A program made the translations under genes and the position numbers. Shown here piece by piece: positions 1 to 11,904 of a stretch of DNA of 64,000 nt; the stretch's first letter is position 1; every line of letters begins with the position of its first letter. Under the pieces are notes generated by a model that did not search any database, had not been told where the DNA came from, and saw nothing but the letters and a program-made list of their open reading frames with translations. Source of the DNA: Macrostomum lignano (Eukaryota); NCBI GenBank assembly GCA_002269645.1, contig NIVC01002751.1, positions 1-64,000 on the forward strand, in the 5' to 3' direction.

Positions 1-315
1 TAAAATGAGTGCCTGCGGCGTAAAAATGAGTGCCTGCGGCGCTAAAATGAGTGCCTGCGACGCTAAAATGAGTGCCTGCGCCGCAAAAATGAGTGCCTGC
101 GGCGCTAAAATGAGTGCCTGCGGCGCTAAAATGAGTGCCTGCGCCGCAAAAATGAGTGGCCTGAGAGGCGCTAAATGAGTGCCTGCGGCGCTTTATATAA
201 AATGAGTGCTGACAAGACGGATTCTGACAATAATCGGTACATGATAATGTGCATTTTCCGACGGAGGCTCGACGGAGGCGTGCGCCCTGTGCCCCCCCCC
301 TTAAATCGCTCACTG
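1..315. mobile_element. Right end of a probable non-autonomous hAT-type element with an internal 21-bp minisatellite
   Basis: 1-180 is a tandem 21-mer (TAAAATGAGTGCCTGCGGCGC). The terminus at 315 reads CAGTGAGCGATTTAAGGGGGGGGG on the - strand, resembling the CAGTGG...GGGGG ends of the hAT MITE at 6687. The other end is outside the window, so the TSD cannot be checked. Confidence 0.45.
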
Positions 316-1257
316 AACTGCCCCCCCCATTTTTTGAAAGTTCCTAAGCTATGGAAAGAAATTATTAACAGATGTACGAAATTCTGCTATTGAAATGGTA
401 AAGTGACTAATTTAAGCCCTCGAAACTTTTGGCTCATTAGCTCATTCCGCTCACTCGCCACAAAATGAATCTGTTACAGGAGCTAGACACGTTGACAGGT
501 ATAAAATCGGTGAAATTATATAAATTAGATTATAGTATTTCGCTTCCGCTCCTGTAGCCTGGACAAGTGTGGCTAAAGATGCAGGAATTATCTAATGGGA
601 AACAGATTGCAGAATGGATGTTCGCAAAGCCGGCTCTGGTCATAGGTCAGCCGCCGAGCCTTAGGAATATTTTAGGTAGCGTTCGAGCCTGAGGAAAGGT
701 TCTGTACGGACCCCTGCCCTTAATGAGCAGGCACACCGCATCATTCCACACGCTGCTTTAGCGGGTCCTGGTGATCAGGAATTGTTTGAGCTATCTGGTG
801 TAGCCGGGAAGTCGAAAATGGGACTATGCAGCCATGCAGAGGACTTTCCAGGCAGTGGATCTTCAGGCTGTGAATGAAGAAGATACGCCGTACTAGCGCA
901 TTAGACTACAAAGATTACTATGAGGGAACGTGAGCTCTATTGTTCCAGATGATCAGTGCCAGTACAGGGATGCGACGCTCGTACAGCTTCGTCGGTTGAT
1001 TATCATGCAGCTAAGAATTGAAAAGCAACCTGCAATAGTGGCACAAGATGAACACAGTTTGCAGGTGAATAACTCGTACAGGCCTTAAGCAAGAGTGCTG
1101 ATTTTTGACTTGCCAACGCATCTCGCGTGCGCGTCAAGAGAAAAAAGTTTCATAGCTCTGAGTTGAGTAGAAGTGTCTGTCAGCGAATGTCAAGCTGGAC
1201 CCCCAAAATACACTACGGAGATAGGAACACAGTTTGCAGGTGAATAACTCGTACAGG

Positions 1258-3331
1258 TGATGGGTTCGGCCTTTTTAAGCCTGTAGCTTCGGGCCTCAGA
1301 ACTCAGAAATGAATCACTTAGAACTCTGGCCTCTCACTCCTGTCAGATGGTTAGCCCCGTGGTAGCAAGATTGTGGGCGAGCAGCAAGGTCCTATAGCTA
1401 AGAGAAGACAGCAAGAGACAAGCAGGGAGAATTTGAAAGGTAGAGATTAGCTAATCCACAGTTTAACTAACCCGCTGCCACCAGTCCGTGCGCCCCGGCT
1501 CACCAAACCGGAGCTATCGAAATTGGACTTCCGACTAGAGGGAGGGGCGCTGCACTTACCTGCCATCTAGTGTCTTTTAGCTGTCTATCTATCTCGAAGT
1601 CATAGCCGAATAGAAGGGACGCAGCTGGGACTAAGATCGCATTGGCCATGCAGGGACAGAGAGGACTTTTGCAGGGGTTCTTGCGCTGGCGAGCCTTCAT
1701 ACACTACTAAATGTACTATTTCCTTACCAAATTCCCAGAAATACATGTACAAGTACACGCAACTGCACGCTTTTGCACTAAATGTGTTAACGCGTCGACA
1801 GATAGCGATGATGTAGGTGTATTGCCGCCTTTGGAGATCTTTAGACTAACATTTAACTCGTTTTAGCCGCTTAGCTGCCTGAGACTGCGCGAAAGCACCA
1901 GTCTGGCACTTAGGTTGCATGCTTATCATTATTGCTTAGATCTACTGATTGACTGGGAACTGTGCCGCTTCCGGTCCACCGTGACCCCTGCCTCTAGATT
2001 TTGTCACTCATCTCAGCCGGCATTGCGAAAAAGAAAGAAAACGCCAAGTCTTTAACTTCCAGATTTAACTTTCTCACTTGATCCGCAATCCTAAACACCT
2101 TAAATTGAGTCAGAGCGAATGCCTACTTTTAGTATTAACTGACACTTCTGCCTCGAATTTGACACACAAAAGCAAGTAAGCAAAAGTGCAAATCCTATCA
2201 GACTACCTAGGAAGGGGTCAGACAAAGGGCGCACCCAGTTAAGCAGGTCAAGAAAGCCTCTCACCCGACCAATCAGAGGACCTAACTGCCGGTAGCCAAG
2301 AGATCCGTAGAGACCGAAGCGCTCGGATGGGATGCTGCTGCCGATCTTAACTGACGAGTGTCGCCGTTACTCTTCACTTGCCGGTTGCTGTCGAAGCTCT
2401 TTGTTCACGGCCGGGAGGTACCGGTGATGCCTCTCAAGGGGAACTTAGCTGTTGAAGCCGAAACTGCCGGGGAAGAGGGACCGGAGGCCGAAGAGGCAGC
2501 AGAAGCCGAAGGGGATTAGATTGGTAGGACCGGCCAAGGCCAAGGTCAGGGCGTGCCAGAAGGTAGGGGGATGACGGGAACCTCGAACCGGCCTTTCCGA
2601 GCGTGGGTCGAGTTGCCGCCTTTTATAACTTTCACGCGGCCGATTTGTTCTAACGATCGACGAATTTTTTGATTGGCTGATAGCTTTTGTTAAAATAGAC
2701 GCCGAATTTCTGATTGGTCGAGCCGGGGGCTGTCGGGTCGACTCTGATTGGCTGAGCTCGAGACCCCAAAACCCACCCACCAGGTGGCCTTCGGACCCCA
2801 GGGAAGCTGACAGGTGCGGTCATAAATCATGTGCAAAACATAATAAAAGTCACTTGTCTAGACATCCTGGCGCCAAAGTGACAGCAAAACGCCCATAAAT
2901 CAAAGGAGAAAGTAACAGAGCGAGTGGGGAGAAAGCTGGAAAGGCCTCTTTGACCCAGACAGGCTGGAGCCAAAAGTGACAGCTAGACCGCCATAAGTCA
3001 CTGGAAGCAGTGAAAAAGTCACAAATCTGGGGATCAGAATGGGGCTAAAAACATTCCTCCCAGACTTAGTGTCGCCTGTCAAGACTGTTAGAGGTCAATC
3101 CGCCTCAGACCCAGACAGTCTGACCTTCAAAGATGCGTAAACAATCCAAAATTAGAATCCTAAGAGAAGTACATTGAGTATCTATCATAGTAATGTCATA
3201 AGTTAATATAGAACTTAGTCTAGACGAGAGAATGGAGAGACAATCCTAAGCTAGCCTACTGACAGTAGGGGAAAAGGCGCATCGAAGCAAAATGTGCGGT
3301 TTTAAGATTGATAAAAGGTGCGTCCTCATCA
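1258..3331 (-). mobile_element. Probable solo LTR (~2.07 kb)
   Basis: Starts TGATGGG and ends CCTCATCA (TG...CA with short inverted termini). Flanked by a CAGG 4-bp duplication (1254-1257 and 3332-3335). Has an internal - strand Pol II promoter. No gag/pol recognised. Confidence 0.6.
2621..2751 (-). promoter_or_regulatory. Three CCAAT boxes plus TATA box (LTR U3-type promoter)
   Basis: On the - strand, RCCAATCA occurs at 2747-2751, 2713-2717 and 2672-2676, followed by TATAAAA at 2627-2621. Confidence 0.65.
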
Positions 3332-4016
3332 CAGGCCTTAAGCAAGAGTGCTGATTTTTGACTTGCCAACGCATCTCGCGTGCGTCAAGAGAAAAAGTTT
3401 CATAGCTCTGCGTTGAGTAGAGCTCTATGACAGAGCTACCGTCTGTCAGCGAATGTCAAGCTGGACTCCCAAAATACACTACAGATATAGGAACACAGTT
3501 TGCAGGTGAATAACTCGTACAGGCCTTAAGCTAGAGTGCTGATTTTTTACTTGCCAACGCATCTCGCGTGCGTCAAGAGAAAGAAAGTTTCATATCTTTG
3601 CATGTATTTTAAGACGTTCTGCTGAGCTGCATAATAATACACTACGGAGATAGGAACATACTTTATATGTGAATTATTCGTACAGGCTTTTTTAAATGCC
3701 GAGATATTTTACTTAGTTTTTTATCTTGGTTGCGTCAAAGTTTTTGTAAATTTTTAAAGCGTTTCGTTTAATCATTTTTTTCTTCTCGATTTTTCGTTTC
3801 AACTTCATTTGTTCCTTATCTCGTAATCTCGTAATGAAAGCAATACCTCGTAATTCGTACTCATTTTTGTACTCATATTCATACTCATATTATAATTCCC
3901 TTTATTAAATACTTCAATTTGTCGCTTCGTTTTTAGTCGTCACTTTTCGTACAAAAATACCGTAAAAAATTCTGTGCGCGCTTTCAAATACTTTATCTTT
4001 TACAATAACATTGTAA

Positions 4017-5036
4017 CAAGATAGCATTGCTACAAAAATATACTACGACAACCAAGAAATAGAAGAAGTAAATGAATTTAAATACCTGGGAATTATTTTT
4101 GAACCAAAAAACAGCTTTAAAAAATGTATTGAACACCAAACTAAGCAGGGATATACAGCCATGTTTTCCCTACTCCATAGGGTAAAGAATACGTCCCTAG
4201 ACATCACACTCATTCGCAGACTATTTGACGCGCTTGTTACCCCCGTTATCACTTACGGTTGTGAGCTCTGGGGCCCTCTGGCTACCATGTCTGATACAAA
4301 AGCTATTGATAATATTCAGCTGAAATTCTACAAATATCTCCTCAATCTACCAAAATTTGCTAGCAACAGTGTGATATCATCAGAACTTGAGCTTACTCCA
4401 ATCTCTCAACGAATCGCTAAAACCTACCTCATCTACTGGCTGAAGATTAGACACAAAAAACTCTGCCAAACGACTCTAGAAATTTTTTACTCAAGCACTG
4501 GCCAAAAAAATCCATGGAAAATGAATGTACTAAAGAAACTAGAAAGTATAGACCTAAAAGCACTAACTGAAGATAAACTTTCCCAAAGCTTTAATAACGA
4601 GAAATACCTAGTGAAAAAGCACCTCAAGATACACAGAGAAAGAGAACTTAGCCAAAAGCTAGAGAATCTGCAACATATTAAACTCTACAAAAACGCCTAT
4701 CTCTACAAAAAAATCTGCAGGCCCGACCTTTCAGATTACTTTCCATGTACATTTAGAAACAAAAAATTCTTAACAACCCTTCTAAAACTGAAATGCGAGA
4801 TTACACCCAACTTTTTTTCTCAAGAACCATGTAAAATGTGTGGAGCGCGAAATGGTTCTGACATTCTACACTACTTGACCGAATGTCCACAAACTGAAGA
4901 GATCAGAAAAAAATACTTCTGTCAATACCTCTTAAATAGCAATCAAATACACAAGATAGGATATGCTACAAATGAAAAAAGAGTCAGAAAAGAACTCACT
5001 GGTGTAGCTAAAATATATGAAGTCATGAATAGCTAA
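4017..5036 (+). mobile_element. 5'-truncated non-LTR retrotransposon (LINE): RT C-terminus/thumb plus C-terminal Cys/His motif
   Basis: Frame is open from 4017: QEIEEVNEFKYLGIIF...LFDALVTPVITYGCELWG...IQLKFYKYLL, typical of the end of a LINE RT, then CKMCG...ILHYLTECP. (TAC)n at ~5646-5678 may be the 3' tail. Clade not determined. Confidence 0.85.
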
Positions 5037-5645
5037 AATAGTTAAACAAACTGAATCAGATACATTAGCAGTGTAAAAAAATCCGCTTTTCAGTTGTTTA
5101 TTCATTTACTGTCTTTTTTAATTCCCTATTTAAATCGTCGTTATTCGTTAAACGTAAAGTTCTTTCGAAGTATTGTTTATGTTCGTTTTTTCACGCTTTG
5201 AAATATCACGCGCTTTCAAAAATACTACATCTTTTTCTTACAAGCTCGCTTACCAAAGTAATCTCGCAATTAAAGCTATACCTCGTAATTTGTACTCATT
5301 TTTGTATTAATATTTATACTCGTTGTTAGTTGTTAGTCGTCACTTTTCGTCCAAAAATACCGTAAAAATTCTGGCGCGCTTTCAAATACTTTATCTTTTA
5401 CAATAACTCTAACTCTTACTACTACTAACTCGCGGCAAATCGTCTTTATAAACTTCTATTTCGAAAACTTTTCCAAATACATAGCTCTACAATATATTGG
5501 CCAAACAGGCTAATTGCCTGAGCCAAATTCTCTTACTACTAACGTCGAATCTTTATAAACTTCCATTTCGAAAATTTTTCGAAATACATTGCCCTATAAT
5601 ATATAATATATTAGCAAAACAGGCTAATTGCCTGAGCCAAATTCT

Positions 5646-5677
<32 letters not shown>

Positions 5678-6686
5678 TACGTTACACTTCTCTGAAATTT
5701 TTAAAAGCAATACCGCGTCGGGCTGAGCAACTCCTTGTTGCTCACTCTTAGGCCTATAATAAATAATTAATCGTATTGGCATTTACAAGTTATGATTGGC
5801 GTATGCAGTATTATTAGAGAGTCAGCATCTGATTTTAAGAGAGTAGATGATGATAGAAGAAAGAAGAGAGATAAGAAAGCAGAGATAAAGGTGAAGAGAT
5901 AAGAAGAGAGAGGAGAAAAAATAGGGAGCAATGGAGAGAAGAGATGTGATTTATTATATTAGACTAGGCCTATTATATTATGCAATATAATTTGGCACCC
6001 AAGATAATTGACATTGAAGTGTCTGGTACCAAAATCTCTAGCACTAAAATGTCTAGTATTCATTCTAATTTATTTAGTACTAGGAGTTAGTAAACACAAA
6101 GTTTTAACAAAATAAAAATAAAATAAAAATAATTTTTTAATTTTTTCAATTGCTTCTATATAAATTTATAAAGCTTTTTGCTATATAGGCTCTTATATTT
6201 GCAGTCAAATCTCTTATTCTAATTTCTAAGCTTACCTTACCATTGCAATTAAAATTGTTATACTTTTATAGCCTAGTATAGTAAAAATGGTCTAGGCCCT
6301 ACTCTTTATCAAAGAAAATTTTGGTATAGGAGCCTATATAAAGCCAGGGTCCCTAATGGCAATGCATTTGGTCTTTAATCATGGTATATACAATATATAA
6401 GTATTTGATGCATATAGTATACAATTTATTTTTAGTGACTTTCATGAATTATAATATTTATTTGTTATAATATTTGCATTTTAAAATGTTTCACTTATAC
6501 ATATGTTTTATACCATATTGCTAATCGTAGTATGAGGGTTGTCAAAAAAAGTTCTGTATATATTGTAATAACTTGAGAATGATAAATAGTAGCCTATAGA
6601 AATATAAAAAATTACAAATGTCTTCCTTAATATTTATTCACTCAAAGTATGAGCCTTTAGCTTCAATGCACTTCTTCTAACGCTGC

Positions 6687-9048
6687 CAGTGGCGCGTCCA
6701 AGGTGGGGCTAGGGGGGCCTGGGCCCCCCCAATTAAGCCACGGGCCCCCCCTGTGGCCCCCCCAATTAAGCCACGGGCCCCCCTGTGGCCCACCCCCACT
6801 TTCAGTTTTTTTCACTTTGGATTTTCCAAAAAATAGTTTGAAAAACCCTTTTTTTCTTTTTTGCAATATTAATTTTAGAAACAATAGTTTTTATACAAAC
6901 ACTTGTAAGCTGTTGAAACCTGTGGATCTTGAACCCGTGGAATTCCAATCTCGGGAATTATTTTCGCACATATTCTAGAATTTGAAGTCATACTCAAACA
7001 AAAACTTGTTAATAGTTAGGATGGAGATGAACATAAAATGGAGTAAATTCATGTAAAATTAAGATTTGAGGCAAGCATTGATCTCGTTGGCTAGGATGCT
7101 GTGCAGAATATCATCAGGCAATGTCGATCTAAAACATGTATTGGAAAATTCAAGAAAACTCTGACCTCTGCCTCTGCCTCTCTCTACATGTACATCCCTC
7201 GGATCCTTTGAAACTTCTATCTTTGCTTCTGTTTCTTCTCTTTTCTCTCATCTTTCGTCTCTCCTGTCATCTCTTCTTTCCTCTTTCCTCTCTTCTCTCT
7301 CCCCTCTTCTTTTGTCTTTTCCCCCACCTCTCTTCTCTCACGTCTTTTCTCTCATCCCTCCTTTTTCTTATTTTATCTCTGCTCTCTTATCTCTTCGCAT
7401 TTCTATTTTTTTGCCTCTCTCTTCTCTCATCGCATCTCTTCCCTGTTCTTTCCTCTCTCCTCACTTTTTTCTCTCTGCTCTCCTCTCTCCTCTTTCCCCT
7501 CTACTCTCGTCTCTTCCCTTTCCTCTCTTTTCTCTCCTCTCTTCTCTTCTCTCTCATCTCTCTCATCTCATATCTTCTCTCTTATTTCCTCTCTCCTCTC
7601 TCCTCTTATTTATCTCTCTGCTCTCCGTTGCCCATCTCTCTTCTCTCTACTTTCTCCCCTCTCCATTCTCTTCTTTCCTCTCCCCTCTCTCCCAGCTGTT
7701 GTCGATTCTCTCCCCTCTTCTCTCTTTACTCCACTTCTTTCTCCCTTTGTATCTCTTCTCTGCTCTTACACATTTTTCTTCTCCCTACTCTCTTCTCTCA
7801 TCTTCATAATCTCTTCTCTGTCCTCTGTTCTCTCTACTCTCCCATCTCTTGTCTGTTTACTCTCGTCTCTGTTCTCTCTTCTGTCAACTTTAATCTCTTA
7901 TATGTTCTGTCATGTCTTTTCCCTGTACTCTTTTATTTCCCGTCTTTGACTCCTCTCTTTCCTTTCTCCTCTCTTCTCTTCTCTTGTCTCTTCTCTTCTC
8001 TCTTTACTCTCCTCTCTCTTCTCTTTCATATCTCATATCTCATTTCTTATTTCTCCTGTCATCTCTACCACCTTATCTCTTTTCTCCTAACTTTACTCTT
8101 TCTCGTCTCTCTTTGCTCTCTCTTTGCTTGCTCTCTTATCTCTTCTCATTTCTCTCTGCTCTCCACTGTTTCCTCTCTCCCCTCTTCTCACTTCTCACTC
8201 TCCTATCTCTCAAAACTTCCCTCTTCTTCTCTCTCTCCTCTCTTCTTTCTACTTCTCTGCTCTCATTTCTCATCTCTCCTATCTATCTCCTCTCTCCCTG
8301 ATCTCTAATCTGTACTATCCTTTTTAACATCTCTTCTCTCTTCTCTCTGCTTGCTTATCCCCACCCTTTCTAATCTCTCCTTTCTCCACTCTCATCTTTC
8401 TACTCTCTCCTATATACTCTCTCCTCTCTCATCTCTACTCTCTTCTATCTGCTCTCTATACTTTCTCCCATCTTTTCTCTCTTCTCTCATCTCTACTCTC
8501 TTCTATCTCCTCTCTTTATCCTTTATCCTATCTACTTCATCCTATCTACTCTCTCCTCTCTCATCTCATCTCTCTCATTTCTCCCTCTTCTCACCTCTAC
8601 TCTCTCCTCCTATTTATCTCTCCCTACTCTCTCCCCTTCTTCTCTGCCCTCTCCTCTCAGTAAAAATATATACTTTGCAGAGATTAGCCAATAATTAAAT
8701 GAACCAACAGAGTTTTTTGATAATAATCTGCCAGGAAAAGTAAACTGTAAAGTTAAATGTATTTGTGTTTAGCTTTCTATTCAAAAATTTTCAAATTGCA
8801 AATCCTAAAAAGTGTTCTTGGGCAAAAACATTTAGAATGTCTAAATGTAAATAAGAGAGAATATAAATCAACTTAGCTATAGCATTCATTCTTTGTGAGA
8901 TCTTTTTTGGATGTCATTTTTACTTTTCGGTAAAAATTTGCTTTTACAATAATTAAAAAACTCAATTCAAGATGTTGGTATTGCCCCTTCAGTTTTTACT
9001 GGGCCCTAACTGGGCCCCCCCATCCTGAAAACTCTGGACGCGCCCCTG
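6687..9048. mobile_element. Non-autonomous hAT-type element (MITE-like, 2.36 kb) with a CT-rich interior
   Basis: TIRs CAGTGGCGCGTCCA and TGGACGCGCCCCTG. Perfect 8-bp TSD AACGCTGC at 6679-6686 and 9049-9056. Subterminal GGGCCCCC motifs. Confidence 0.9.
7170..8660. repeat. Polypyrimidine (CT-rich) low-complexity tract
   Basis: Almost exclusively C/T on the + strand; source of the spurious Leu/Ser/Phe ORFs. Confidence 0.9.
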
Positions 9049-9993
9049 AACGCTGCACTAGCCCATCAATGCCTGCAATCATGCCATTGTTTGTCATGGC
9101 AACAATGCCAGCCTTGTAGGCCCGATTCACATCTTCTTTTGCACTGAAACGCTGGCCTCACATTGACTCCTTGATTTGAGGGAAAAGGAAAATGTTGCAT
9201 GGACTTAAGTCCAGGGAATAAAATGGATGTGGAAGAATTTCCTATCCGTACAACTTGATCGTAGCTAGCACGCTTTGCTTTTGGTATAGGGCTGTGTTGT
9301 CATAAAGCAGAATCAGGCCAGCCATGTGAAATGCAGGCCTTTGTCCCGAATGGCATGCCAAACTTTCACTAGAACTGACAGGTAGAAATCACCATTGACC
9401 ATCTGCCTCACTGGCACAGGCTGATCAAACAACAGACCCTCCTGGTCAAAGAAAGTCACGTGCATGACCTTAAATTGACCAATGCTCCAGATGGCCTTTG
9501 AGGTTGTGGAGAACCTGGCCTGCACGCAGGAATGCCATGCCCTCCCACTGACACCGCTACAGGTTGGATGCGCACATGGCAACCTGCTGAGCCTGCTGAT
9601 TGTCAGTGAGCAGATGTGGCATCCACTTGGCACAGACCTTGCCCATCCCAAGGTCCTTGGTCAGGATCTTATGAACTAAGTTGTAGGACACCCCTATGGC
9701 ATCAGCCAGCTGCCTGGTGGTCAGTCTCCAGTCCTGCAGCATGGCTGCCTCCACCTAACTCACCAGGCTGTCAGTCCAAGCACTTGTTGGTTGTCTACTG
9801 CGTGGCTTGTCATCAAGGTCTTCTTTGCCATTGCAAATAGCAATAGCCCAGTAGCAAATTGTCTCATAAGATGGGCAAAAGTCTCCTATGGTCTGCTATA
9901 TTTCTTCAAAAATCTTGGTTGCTGAATGCCCCTAAAAGACATGAAACTTGATGATCACTTGAAAGTTGTGTTTAGAAAAACTCTCTTGCAGGA

Positions 9994-10059
9994 TAGGGTT
10001 AGGGTTAGGGTTAGGGTTAGGGTTAGGGTTAGGGTTAGGGTTAGGGTTAGGGTTAGGGT
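9994..10059 (+). repeat. Interstitial telomeric repeat (TTAGGG)10-11
   Basis: Perfect TTAGGG units from 9999 to 10058, preceded by TAGGG. Confidence 0.95.
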
Positions 10060-10192
10060 GCATGTATTGGTCTAGAATGGTCTTGGTCTTGGTATAGAAT
10101 ACCAAGTATAGAATGCGCCATGGGTGTGGTTGAATAATTACTGCTACACAGGCTAGAAATGATCTGGTGCTCTAAAACTGAAGCTAGCAACT

Positions 10193-10195
<3 letters not shown>

Positions 10196-10246
<51 letters not shown>
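10196..10246. repeat. (TA)n microsatellite
   Basis: Directly visible dinucleotide run. Confidence 0.9.
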
Positions 10247-10248
<2 letters not shown>

Positions 10249-11904
10249 CTATGGCTAAAACCCCAACTCTTCAGCTATTCATAGAGTTGAGTTATTCTCT
10301 TATACACAGAACTTTTCTGACAACCCTTGTATATGTACAATACACTAGAAATAATTTGGCTATCATCTACGAGTAGTAAAGTATACGCTAATAAATTATA
10401 CCAATTAGGTATTCTAATTAATTGTATGCCACTAAAAATTGCGTGATTACAAAACATAGAACCAATGACACAAGCAATAGATATGTGGCAAATAATTGCT
10501 ACAAAAAAGCAAAACTATTAAAAAAAATTAGTAAAACAAAATAGTTATATATTACCTTTTGTTTTATATATACCTATTGTTTTAGGTATATTTTTAACTA
10601 GTTACTATAGAAACTAATTATATTATTAAAAAATATTTATTATCATAAATTTAAAATTACCTTTAGGCCTACTATAGCAAAGAATTGTTTAGCATAATTT
10701 ATGAAATTATGACATATACTTTGATTCTTTTATATGCTGTGCTGCAAGCTTGAACATGTATAGTTAAAAATTATAAGCTAGTAATTATGCTAAAAAGTTG
10801 TATTTTCTCCTTGTATGCCATATATACACTAGCTAAAACATTTGTATACTAGATATACGCCAGCTAAAGCATTTGTATGCTGGAATTTTCCAGTGTATAC
10901 TACACTTTTTGCAATATGGGTTTTATATAGTTTTGATAGGTTAATATATGCTATACAAATAATATAGAGATAATTTATGCTTTGCTAGGCCTATCTTTTT
11001 GACTAGGTGATATTAAGGTCATGCTCTTTTGGTATATTACTAAATAATACTTAATCTACTTCTGATGTGTTATATATTTTGAGTAGTATATAATGCTTAA
11101 TTCTTAGGCTGAGCCTTCTTATTATACTATATTAATCTTATTTGTTTTGTTTTCTGTACTTCTAAATATACTAAATCTCTAAGGTTTGTATGCTTGCTTG
11201 CTTGAATGTCCATAATGCTCTAGAGCGAGCAATTCTTCACCGATTTATTCTATTCAATTTATTCTAATCTCTATTTGCTTTTATTGGTATTTTTCTCTGT
11301 CTAGACATTATTGAGATTAGAGGGCCATAGTTTAATAAGCCTATTCTAAAACTATATATCTATCTTCTATTTCTATATTAAAAATGACCAGCACTTGATT
11401 ATTACTAATTCTAAGGTTACTAATTGAGTTTGCTTTGAATATTATAACTCAATGGAAATATATACAGTTTAAACTAACAACTTAATGTTTTTCTCTTTCT
11501 ATATATTTTCTCCTATTTCTAATAGGAAAAGAATTTTTTTTTCATTTTAAAGGCAATATTCAAATGAACCAAATGGGAGAAAATGAAACTTCTTAAAAAT
11601 AAGTCTTAGAAGCCTAGATAATTAAAAACATAAGCACTAAAGTACATCAGGATGTATTAAAAATATTGGTTTACTGGAAAATATATATATACTTAACTTT
11701 TATATTGCCTTACATTTAATGTTAAATTAACATTTTTTATTTTTACTAACATTTATTGTTATTATTATACATTTCTGTAACTCTATTGTATACTATTATG
11801 TAAGTTCTACTTTTACTCCTTGTTGTATGCCATGTCATGCCATATCCATTGTCAAAAACTTCTATTGAAGCTATAATATAAAAAATATCTTTTTACTGCA
11901 AAAC

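Larger units (their letters stand above)
1050..3690. repeat. ~175-bp tandem repeat, interrupted by an insertion at 1258-3331
   Basis: GAACACAGTTTGCAGGTGAATAACTCGTACAGG recurs at 1050, 1225 and ~3491, with a degenerate copy at ~3656. The unit resumes at 3332 exactly where it broke at 1257. Confidence 0.8.
6533..10329 (-). mobile_element. Decayed mariner (Tc1/mariner) DNA transposon, interrupted by a hAT MITE and a telomeric tract
   Basis: TIRs TGAGGGTTGTCAAAAAAAGTTCTG (6533) and CAAGGGTTGTCAGAAAAGTTCTG (- strand from 10329), flanked by TA. - strand transposase remnants: QVIIKFHVF*GHSATKIFEEI, KVCAKWMPHLLT (WVPHEL-like), HPFYSLDLSP (YSPDLAP-like) and QR*KKCIEAKGSYFE* ending at 6638. Contains stops and frameshifts. 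Confidence 0.9.

Noticed and set aside
560-1040. Possible hammerhead ribozyme or coding remnant
   Set aside because: No complete CUGAUGA/GAAA core and no recognisable translation in any frame.
7136-8698. 390-aa and overlapping Leu/Ser/Phe ORFs
   Set aside because: Translation of a CT low-complexity tract inside a MITE; no stop codons are possible without purines.
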